Assembly (NCBI GenBank): GCA_951406725.2
Contig: OX597820.1
Location: 93,744,001-93,808,000 of the forward strand
DNA length: 64,000 nt
From: Octopus vulgaris
Lineage: Eukaryota
Direction: 5' to 3'
Below the pieces are notes generated by a model. It ran no database searches and was not told the origin of the DNA. It was given only the letters and a program-made list of their open reading frames with translations. The translations under genes and the position numbers were made by a program. Positions 53,636 to 64,000 of this stretch are shown here, in pieces. Numbering within the stretch: position 1 is the first letter of the stretch; every line of letters starts with the position of its first letter.

Positions 53636-54346
53636 TCTTACGTTGTAGTCAGCAACTGTGACGGGCGTCGCGAGGATGTAGGGCAGAGGCGTGGCTAAAT
53701 GGTAAAGAAACACATTATGTCATTATGATGTTCCAAGTTCGATACTTAGTCAAGCGTCATCTAACATAGTTTCGTGTCCATCTACACAGTATACATGAAT
53801 TTGGAGAAAAGAAAACTGCGTGGAAGACTATCTGGTGGAGTATATCAGTAATTCAAAATGCCTCCAGAGATTAACAGAAGATAACGTTGCATGTACAAAT
53901 ATATCAGCCTGTGCAAAGCTGGTAACAGGGCAGGCCAGGTCAGATGCGAAATACAGGCCTCATTTCAAACTATTCATTAAGTACTTTAATAATCAGTACT
54001 AAATACTTGATTTATGTGTGGGTACACATATATTGGTTAGATGTATACACGTCCATATAGTATATATGTACATATATTATACATGTATATGTAATAAACA
54101 TGATGTACATATAAATAACTGAACAGTTTAAAAGAATTAGAACGATTTATATATAAAACAAGGTAATTCTTTACCAAAGGAACTTCTGGTAAAAAAAAAA
54201 TCTATTAGTATCCGCTTGTTGCACATACATTTTGTTCACAGAGCTGGGCTGGGATAAGTGCCTTCATAATCGTAGTTCCTTAACAACTAGCCTAATTGTC
54301 CTACCTGCCTGTTCTGATCTGCAAGTTTCTGTCGAGTACTAAGGCA

Positions 54347-54865
54347 GAGATCCCCTTCGGTCATGAATGACCATGAGATTGTATCAAGAATGTTTTCTAC
54401 TCAAGGCACAAGGCCCGAAATTTTGGGGGAGGTGGTGGTGGTGGTGGTGGTGGGGGGGAGCCAGTCGATGAGATCGACACCAGTACACAACTGGTACTTA
54501 ATTTATCGATCCCAAAAGGATGAAAGGCAAAGCCGACCTCGACGGAATTTGAACTCAGAACGTAAAGACGGGGGGAATACCTCTAAGCATTTCGCCCGGC
54601 ATGCTAACGCTTCTGCCAAGGCACAGGTACAGGCAAGGTGGTTTATGGAAGACCAGCAGTCGCTCATGCATACCAGCTTCCCCTTCTCCACGTCACCGAT
54701 GTTATCCAAGGGAAAGGCAAAGGTTGGTACAGTTTGGCACCAGTGATGTTGCAACTTATATCTTCAGCTGAGTCAACTGGAGCAACATGAAATAAAGTGT
54801 CTTGCTCAATAACACAACATTCAGGCTGGTCCGAGAATCGAACTTCCTACGTCATGATTGTGAAT
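54347..54865 (-). mobile_element. Family C SINE (tail T3) interrupted by a family B SINE at about 54395-54617
   Basis: Flanks are collinear with 35470-35770; the middle is collinear with family B. Confidence 0.88.
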
Positions 54866-55029
54866 CCGACTAAGTACTTACAGTATAATACAATGGAGGT
54901 AGTTCCGTTGACTGAACAAGTGGAATAATGGAAATTCATGGAAAAGCATGGAAAATCGAGGCATGATCCATCATCAATAGAATTGTTTGTATTAATGGGT
55001 GCAACGGTTGTGAACTCTCCTGTTATAGA

Positions 55030-55260
55030 GGACAGACGAGGGTCCCGCGATTTCTTGCTGAACAACCTGCACATATGGTTTGTTTATAGTGTTTAAATGT
55101 TTGTGATGTACAAGTGTACGGTGTGCCATACGTTAGATCCCGAAGTGATCGCTGAGAAATGCGAGATGAAATATTTTGTGCAAGAACACAACAAACCCTC
55201 GAAACCACCACCTTGCAATTGTGAACGCAACACCCAAACCATTAGGACATGCTCCCTCAC
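55030..55260 (-). mobile_element. Degenerate family C-like SINE
   Basis: tRNA-like head gtgagggagcatgtcctaatggtttggg and ttgtgttcttgcacaaaatatttcatctc. Confidence 0.55.
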
Positions 55261-55274
55261 AATCCAATGACACA

Positions 55275-55520
55275 GACCTCGGTAGACTTGGTTTAGTTTT
55301 AGTCCCAGATAAGTCTGAATGGAGCAGAGTGGTATCTTTAAGTTGTTGGGTTTCATGGTTGGTCGTATTTAGCGTTCTCTTGTGTTGTTGGTGAAAATGA
55401 AGATAATGGATTTGGTAGGTGGTACTTTTAGTCGTTTGGAACAAGATTTCTATGTTTGATATAGGGTCAGTGTAACTGGAGGCGTGAGGTAGAGTGGTGT
55501 TTCGAAATGGTTGAAAGATC
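55275..55520 (-). mobile_element. Possible LINE RT fragment (Jockey/I/L2-like)
   Basis: NNLKIPLCSIQTYLGLKLNQ resembles the RT thumb motif IP....KYLG..LD. Confidence 0.35.
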
Positions 55521-56929
55521 AACACCGAGAGAGCAAATCAATGATCAAAGCATTCTAGCCATGACCAAGTCGTGTATTTTTTTTTCTACAAAGTTACATT
55601 ATCCAATAAGATTTTTGCTCCAGCATGGCCTTAGCCACGGTGAAAGAACCCCAAAGAACTGACAAATATTAATTAAAGCAGGACGTGTTTTGAGGGAGTT
55701 TCGGCCACCATTTTCAGCACGGCAAACGTAGTCTTCTTTTGGATGTTGGTGAAGGGCCATCATTCTTTTAGACTTTAGCTATTTTAGGTGCATGTCTATA
55801 CTTTCATCAAGCCTATGGGGTTTGAGTTTAGGGATTTCTCATACGATAATTTCAAAGCTCATTAAATATATGCACAGACTGTAGAACTGACAAGGGAAGA
55901 CAGCTATTCTCCATGATGATTATAGTTGCAAGTTGTTGTGCTTGATGGTAGTGATGGCGCTTATAACACTGCTGATAGTAATGGTGCTTATGTTGTGGTG
56001 GTGGTGGTATTGGTGGTGGTGGTAACGGTGGTGGTGGTAACGGTGGTGGTGGTAACGGTGGTGATATTGGTCTGCTGTTGATGTTGTTGTTGTTGATGTT
56101 ATTGTAGGTGTTGGTGTTGGTACCGTTGGCACTGAAGTGACTTTGATATAAACATTCATTTCCCATAACAGCAGCCGAATGCATTCCAAACTGCAGATGA
56201 AAAAACAGCTTCAGACGCATCAAAGCATCACACACACACACAACTATAGACGCACCAACAAACGTACCCTAACGCACACTCTATTCGGTTACCACCCACA
56301 AGGCTAAACATACAGATGTTAGGGATAATAGGAGAAAGAATCAACTGTTTAAAAGTGTTTCCTCTGTATTCAATATGTATATTGGAATGTGAGACGAAAC
56401 GGCACCAGCTGACTGTTCGAAAGGTCAGTAGTTCGTACTCGCTCAGTACTGCTGGAACATGTATTGTGTTCACAATAAAGACACTACAGTCACTGTGGAT
56501 CAGTTTATTTAACTGCAAAATGATGTGCGACAAGGAAGTATCAGTTGCCGCAATATCAAGAGGCATTAAATAAACATTATTTCCTTAATGGTACAATTTT
56601 TTTTAATCACTTAATCAAAAGAGGAATGACAAACCGATGACCCCTTTCAGGGCCGACGCGCTTTGGGAAGAAAGGGACAAAGGTATAAGTATATACTGAC
56701 TAGAGACATGACCTGAATGCTAGCAATTATCACCCAAGAATCGGATGGCTGCGTTAAACCTGGCAATAGATTACGCTCACGGAAGACTGCACATTAGCAA
56801 GGGAATCAAATTTGATATAGTTGACAAAATGCACTTTACTGTATTATTAGGATTCATATGAGTGTAGCTCATCCATATAACACTTATGCCACACTCATTT
56901 TTCTGGGTTTCCATAAACTGCTCTGCTGC

Positions 56930-57140
56930 CACAGACATGTTGGCTTCACATAATCTGGAACGGTTGCGCATGGAGAGACGACATTTCATCTAATATTAGA
57001 TTGTATTTCCAAATGTCAGCATTTATGACACATGATTCCAAAAGAAGTGGAACCCTAATTGCACTTTAAATCGCTTTTACTGGTGTCCTGGTTGCAGTCG
57101 TTTCAACACCCGATAGTATTGCCAAATTCAGCACAACTAG
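56930..57140 (-). mobile_element. RTE-clade LINE 3' ORF remnant
   Basis: KRLQPGHQ*KRFKVQL..LESCVINADIWK resembles the RTE C-terminal GKR..GGQ.KRFKD.LK..LK.C.I....WE. Confidence 0.45.
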
Positions 57141-57289
57141 TATTACAGTAACATTGCTTAGATAGACAATAGACAGGTCTACCGAGTGTGAAACTATATT
57201 CTTACCTCTTCTTCATGATGAGAACATCTCTAATATAGTTCTGTAAAAAGCTGTCCGAAATTTTGGCATAGCGTTGCTCTCTCTCTCTC

Positions 57290-57386
<97 letters not shown>

Positions 57387-57865
57387 ATATATACAAAAAT
57401 ATACAAACGCACACATGATGTAGTTCCTTCAAACTTTAATGAGAGCCTTACACTGAACGCCACGCGCACACACACGCGGGCATGCACACAAACAAACGTA
57501 AACCTTAACCCTCACATACATACGCACAGTATTCTGGATATTTTCTATATCAAAAGAATCCGAAAAGCCAAAATTCATAGCTGAGCATGTCATCACATGT
57601 AGGACATATATTTATAAATTTATTAATATATTTCGTTGCATTTTATTAAAGTTACTGCTCTTCAGTTGTCAATCCATCTTGAATTTCTGTCATGAAAAGT
57701 TAAGAGACTCACATGCAGACACAAGTTGATACATTAAATATAATTACATACATTTTGGAAAACATTCCAGGAATTCTCAATTTAAGGTCCCTGAGCTGAA
57801 CACAAACACATAATTACATGTAAATATGGAGTACATACCCACAAACACACATACATATATACACA

Positions 57866-58076
57866 CGAGGGGCTGCTGAAAAGTTCCTGGCTAAGGGTAA
57901 GAGAAAATACAGGAGGATCCGTTAATTGATTTTATTCAACATATTCCTCTCTCAGATTCACACATTGTAGCGGTTCTTCAGTTTTTCTTAGCCATGTGAA
58001 AGAACTCGGAAGGTTGGGTCTCCAATCAGGCCTTTCACGACACTCTTAAAACCAAGAACTTCTCAGCAACTCCTCG
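57866..58076 (-). mobile_element. Mariner-derived MITE, 211 bp
   Basis: TIRs cgaggggctgctgaaaagttcctggct and aaccaagaacttctcagcaactcctcg+TA; interior keeps the transposase C-terminus (..EYVE*) on the minus strand. Confidence 0.85.
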
Positions 58077-58109
58077 TATATGTGATACTCACATACATAT
58101 ATACATATA

Positions 58110-58414
58110 TCATGTGACCACGTGACCGACCAGACCATCAGATGTTGTTACACATCGCTGGTCACAATGCGTTCGCATTGTTTTAGCTTTCGAATGACGC
58201 CACTCCGCTGGCTAAGCGAGCAGGCCAACAGAAGAAAGAGTGGGAGAAAGAGTGGTGAAAGAGTACAGCAGGGATCACCACCCCCTGCCGGAGCCTCGTG
58301 GAGCTTTTAGGTGTTTTCGCTCAATAAACACTCACAACGCCCGGTCTGGGAATCGAAACCGCGATCCTGCGACTGCGAGTCCGCTGCCCTAACCACAAGG
58401 CCATTGCGCCTCCA
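58110..58414 (-). mobile_element. Young SINE, head H1 + tail T2
   Basis: 58250-58414 is near-identical to 25262-25427, while 58110-58228 matches 35889-36010. Confidence 0.92.
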
Positions 58415-58523
58415 CATATACATATATATGATACATATATCCATAGTACATAACACATATAGATGCGTGCATAGATAGAAGTAATAAGTAAAAATTAAAA
58501 AGCATCTAAAAGTTTTCTAATTA

Positions 58524-58949
58524 AGCGCAGGCGTGGCTGTGTGGTAAGAAGCTTGTTTTCCAACCATATGGTTCCGGGTTCAGTCCCAATGAGTGGCGCC
58601 TTGGGCAAGTGTCTTCTACTATAGCCTCGGGCCGACTAAAGCCTTGTGAGTAGATTTGGTAGACAGAAACTGCAAGAAGCCCGACGTGTAGATATATATG
58701 TGTGTGTGTGTGTATGTGTGTGGTGTATGTGTTTGTGTATTTGTTCTCCTATCACCGCTTGACAACCGGCATTTGTGTGTTTACATTCCCGTAACTTAGC
58801 GGTTCGGCAGAAGAAACCCGACAAATTTAGTACTAGGCTTTAAAATAAGTGCTGGATTCGATTTGTTCGACTAAGAAACAAACCCTACCATGTAGTGCTC
58901 CAGCAAGGCCCCAGTCAAATGACCGAAACAAGTACAAGAATAAAAGAAT
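58524..58949 (+). mobile_element. Family A SINE, full length
   Basis: gcgcaggcgtggctgtgtggtaagaagc..gggttcagtccc..ccttgggcaagtgtc..tail aaaagaat. Confidence 0.92.
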
Positions 58950-59069
58950 CGCCTTTCACCCAATTTACTCTATTATTCAACGTTAACTGAAACGATCTCA
59001 CCAGATTTTATTCGGTCAGGTGTCTACCCAGGTAGACATAGCAAGGATTAATGGTGGAAACAGCGTGGA

Positions 59070-59125
59070 ACTTACCTGTAATAAAAAGAGAAAAGGAGAG
59101 AATAAGTAAAAGTTCATTAAAATAA
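59070..59125 (-). other. Candidate recursive splice site (polypyrimidine tract-CAG|GTAAGT)
   Basis: Minus strand: ttttaatgaacttttacttattctctccttttctctttttattacag|gtaagttcc. Confidence 0.5.
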
Positions 59126-59267
59126 CACAAACACATACAAACACACACATATATAATACATATATGATGAATAAGTTAAAACAGGACAGAAGGACAAATT
59201 TTAAAAATGTATTATAAGTATAACGCTTGAAAGGAAAATGCTTTTAATATTTTAGATATTAGAATGT

Positions 59268-59343
<76 letters not shown>

Positions 59344-59829
59344 AGAGAGAGTGAGAGCTATTGGACTTCAGATTACAGAAATAAGACCATTAACAAAGCT
59401 ATATAATCACACACACACACACACACACATTGCTAAAACAATGCTGTTTTAAAGTTTTAAAAACTATTCACTCTCACAGTTATCTGTATAATTCGCATTG
59501 AATTTTCTTTGCATATTTGGTCTCTTTGATCCTTGATTCAAAAAGTTTTCCCATCCATCAATCCATCCCCCCCCCACATTCATATACATGCATATGTGTG
59601 TGTGTGTATGTGAGTGTCGTATGTTTCTGAGGTGTGTAGTTTGAAGCAAGCATTATGAGATAGATTTGTTAAAATTGGTTTCTAAAAGCCAGTACAATGT
59701 AAATTGTATATGCAAAGGAGCGAAATCAGAAGTAAGGAAGACAAACCGTCAGTTTAAATTCAGACAAATATACGACCGTTACTCAAATGAAGCAAAATGC
59801 TTTGTCCTTTCTTATTCGATAATAGTAGC

Positions 59830-60513
59830 AGCTATAATAATTGGGGAAATAAGGCTACTATCCCGAACTATTTGAGGAGAGGAGAATTGCCAAGAGTGAC
59901 TCCGAGTTGGAAGGAAAGATTCATGGCAAAGTCACTCCGAGGGAGATTTGGGACTTAGAATATGAAGTTCGCAATTAAATACAAGGTAATCTGGACATAT
60001 TGTTTTCATAATAATTATAATCCTTTCTACTAAGAGCACGAATTTTGAGGGAGGGGGCTAATCGATTACATCGACCCCATTGCTCAATAACAATAATTCT
60101 TTCTATTCTAAGGCACAAAGCTTGAAGTTTTGGTAGAGAGAGCTAATCGATGACATCGATACCAATGCTCAGCTGACACTCATTCTATCGACCCTGAAAT
60201 GATGAACGGCTAATTTAAACTCGGCGAGATTTGAACTCAAAACGTGAAGAACCGGAAGAAATATCACAAAGTAGTTTTCCTTGTGTTCTGGTAATAATAG
60301 TGGTTTCAAATTTTGGCACCAGGCCAGGAGTTTAGGGAAGGAGTTAAGTCGATTACATCGACCCCCAGTGTTAAATTAGAGTTTATTTTGTCAACCCCAA
60401 GAGGATGAAATGTAAGGTGGACTCCGCCGGCATTTGAGCCCAGAACATAAAGACGGACGAAATGCTGTTAAGCATTTTGCCTGGTGTGCTAACGGTTTTG
60501 CCATCTCGCTGCC
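59830..60513 (-). mobile_element. Stack of about 4 tandem family B SINE copies/fragments
   Basis: Repeated cgattacatcgacccc, ctttcta.. and gatgaa..atttga..cagaac modules separated by (AAT) tails. Confidence 0.8.
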
Positions 60514-60522
60514 TTTCTGGCA

Positions 60523-60702
<180 letters not shown>

Positions 60703-61010
60703 TCCTTTCTACTAGAGGTACAAGGTCAGGAATTTTGGTGGGAAGGGACCAGGCGATTAAATCGACCCCGGTACTTGACTCGTCTTAATGTGACACGACT
60801 TTGGAAATATGATTGTGAAGTGCCTCTGGCTCTTCTGTGAACAGGTAAATGACTTTACCATCGAATCAATTAAAAAACAAACAAATAAAAACAAACGAAA
60901 AAGAAAAACCATCACTCATTTCAGTTAATAGCAAATTGAATGAGAATTAATCTCCAGTTACTAATTAAACTTTACTATAATAAATCAATTATCAATAAAT
61001 ACACAAGGGG

Positions 61011-61075
<65 letters not shown>

Positions 61076-61189
61076 CTAAGTGAGATAGAGGCTACACATA
61101 GATTTGCTAATGAATGAATATCAGCCAGTAACGATAAAAGACGAAACCCTTGTTTATGATATCAGGACGTTTTGATAATTTCAACAATA

Positions 61190-61386
61190 GGCGCTGGCAT
61201 GCTCGTGTGATAAGAAGCTTGCTTCCGAACCACATGGTTCCATGTTCAGTCCAGTCCCACTGTGTGGCACCCGGAGCAAGTATCTTCTAGTATAGCCTTC
61301 TGTGACGACCAAGACCTTGTGAGTGGATTTGGTAAACGGAAACTGAGAGATGTCCGTCGTATACATATATACACACACATTTGTGT

Positions 61387-61473
<87 letters not shown>

Positions 61474-61640
61474 CGTGTGTGCGTGTGTGTAACCACCGCT
61501 TGACAACCGGTAACTTAACGCTTCGGCAAAAGAGCCCGATAGAATAAATACTAGGATGTCGATTCATTCAACTAAAATTTCTTCAAGTAATGCCCCAACA
61601 TTAGACTAATGACTGAAACAAACAAAAAATAAAAGATAAA
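61190..61640 (+). mobile_element. Family A SINE with a long internal (TG)n
   Basis: Collinear with the 58524 copy. Confidence 0.88.
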
Positions 61641-61900
61641 ACTAACGTATTAGACATTGCATGTGTTATGGTAAAATATGGAATTTATGGTATGTATTCT
61701 TTTAATGTTTCCTTTTAATCAAGAGAGAAAGCAATGTCTACGATTCTTTACAAAGCCACCGAGACAGATGTTAGGCAGATAGGGAGAAAGTGGGAGGGGA
61801 GGTAACGGCAAACTGGAGACTAGGTTCGAATCTTTACAACAGAATAGGTTCTGCTAAAGTCTCGCAAAATGCCAGGTGATATAGTGGTATTAAGCGAAAC

Positions 61901-62090
61901 CTAAGATGGAGAGCTGGCAGAATCTTCCGCCCACCGGACAAAATGATTAACGGCATTTCGTCCGCCGCGGTTGACATTGCTTTTCGTCCTTTCGAGATCG
62001 ATAAAATAAGTAGCAGCCGAGTACTCGGATTGATGTGATCGATTTATCCCTTCCCGTGAAAATTCTGGCCTTGTGCCAAAGTTTGAAACC
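61901..62090 (+). mobile_element. Family B SINE with an internal deletion
   Basis: 15-bp TSD ggtattaagcga(a/g)ac at 61886-61900 and 62091-62105. Confidence 0.88.
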
Positions 62091-63474
62091 GGTATTAAGC
62101 GAGACGATGGATTAAATAGGGATCCGATCTTAGAACGGAAAGAGCTGCAACGAGTACAGTTTTAGCAATCCGCTGCCTTGGATAGAGAACATATGATGTT
62201 CAGATAAAAGGCGCTAATAGTTTTATTTGGTGGTGGTGTTGGTATTGCTATTGGTGTAGTAATATCGTTGATTGAAAAATTTGTGTTGCTACAAGACAAT
62301 ACGTTTGGAGTGAAATTTCATAAGAGCGGAATGTATTTGTAATTCAAAAGGTACAGCCTTATCACGCTCTCTGCTTGAGAATTATGTTAAGGGTACACTG
62401 GAATACTCAGCAATTTAACACATGCATTCGCGAGAAAGTTATCTAGTTGATCGAACGACAAAATCCTCTTCGTCGGACGATGGAAATCTGCCATAAAACA
62501 GAAAAGGGAAAGAAGGACACAAGGACACATACACATATACGCTCTCTGTCTCTCTCTTTCTCTCTGTCTCTCTCACATACACACAGGCTAGAGAGGGGGG
62601 GGCAAAGGGTGAGAGGGGCAGAGGAAGAGAGAGAGAGAGAAGAGGCAGAGGGAGAGAGAGGGCAAAGGGAGAGAGAGAGAGAGAGAGAGAATAGTTGTGA
62701 CGCAGATTCCTCTCACATGTATTCAAAGAATGTGAAGTTTGCATGGTAAATAAGAGGTATTTGGGACGTGAACTTTTATTTCAAAAGTATTGACTAAATT
62801 ATGTGTGTGTGCTTCTGCGCAACACACACACACACATTTACGCATCATCATATGCTTGCATACACGCACTCTCATATAAATACATACATGCATGTATGCA
62901 TACACACACACACACACGTTTTAGCACGACTTTAAAACGAAGTTATTAAGTTCTATCAAGAGAAAACTTAGAAAGGCCAACTGGAGATATTTTGTGTTAG
63001 TTTATTGTTGGCTGAATGGCAACGGCCTTCAGAGACTTGTCTACATTCTATCCATAGACTTACACACTCCTCCACAACACGTACAAATACACATGCACGA
63101 TAGAATCAATAGAGAGAAAAATCGATAAGGAGTGCCGAAAAGTGGGGTTCGTCCTGCCTTTGAGAGTTTAGCATGATGATGTCTGTTGAATATCATAAGC
63201 AAAAAATGAACTTTACAGCATAGTGGGAAAATGAGGAGATTAAATGTTTGTTTTTAGTTCACAGCCTCACAGAATTAAAAACGATGAGAGATAAACAATT
63301 TAAAAGATAGGAATCCATCTTTGAAAGATGACATCTGGTACTTATTTCTCGTTAAGTGGACTGAAAAGTATGAAATATATTTCTTATGGCTTGTTCACAG
63401 CAACAGAGGTCTCTGAGAGGGTTGAGAGAAATTTTCTCTTTAGGCCGAGTATTGGATCGAATGCTTGCTGTTAA

Positions 63475-63894
63475 GGCGCAGGAGTGGCTGTAAGTAGCTT
63501 ACTTATCAACCACATGGAGTAAGTAGCTTACCAGCCACATGGTTCCGGGTTCAGTACCACTGCGTGACACCTTGGGCAAGTGTCTTCTACTATAGCCTCG
63601 AGTCGACCAAAGCCTTGTGAGTGGATTTGGTAGACGGAAACTGAAAGAAGCTCGTCATATATATGTATATATGTGTGTGTGTTTGCGTGTGTGTGTTAGT
63701 CCCCCTAACATCGCTTGACAACCGATGCTGGTGTATTTACGTCCCCGTAACTTAGCGGCCCGGCAAAAAGAGACCGATGGAATAAGTACTAGGCTTACAA
63801 AGAATAAGTCCTGGCGTCGATTTGCTCGACTAAAGGCGGTGTTACAGCATGGCCGCAGTCAAATTACTGAAACAAGTAAAAGAGTAAAAGAGTA
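63475..63894 (+). mobile_element. Family A SINE, full length, young, with a short duplication in the head
   Basis: gtaagtagcttac..ccacatgg occurs twice (about 63489-63542); tail (gagtaaaa)n. Confidence 0.93.
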
Positions 63895-64000
63895 AGTAAA
63901 TATCTCAAATCGCTTACAATGAGTTTGAACTGAAAAGATACATGATGGTAATCCAAAAATGTATCCACTCAGTCAGTTCTCTCATCATAAGAGCCTTAGG

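Overview
AT-rich, non-coding animal genomic DNA. It is most likely from Octopus, inferred from my recall of its SINE families and the extreme microsatellite load, not from a database hit. There is no intact protein-coding gene, tRNA, rRNA or CRISPR array, and nearly all listed ORFs are translations of (TA)n, (CA)n, (GA)n and trinucleotide tracts. The window holds three groups of tRNA-head SINEs plus a fourth retroposon-like family, several copies with clean 11-17 bp target-site duplications (TSDs). It also holds two mariner transposase fossils, a mariner MITE, a hAT-Charlie MITE, and a piggyBac-like MITE carrying a nested Helitron/Helentron-like insert. Retrotransposon remnants include two R4/Dong-type (RLE) fossils, RTE/L2/Jockey-like LINE scraps, and Penelope-like fragments with degenerate minimal hammerhead-ribozyme motifs. 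The best non-TE signals point to a minus-strand transcription unit. One is a consensus AG|GTAAGT recursive-splice (ratchet) motif at 59076/59075. The other is a candidate first coding exon (MVSSYQVNP) ending in a GTAAGT donor at 3045. Isolated ETS-CRE, X-box, Pbx/Meis and CTCF-like motifs also occur. I found no convincing novel multi-gene system; the findings are testable hypotheses.
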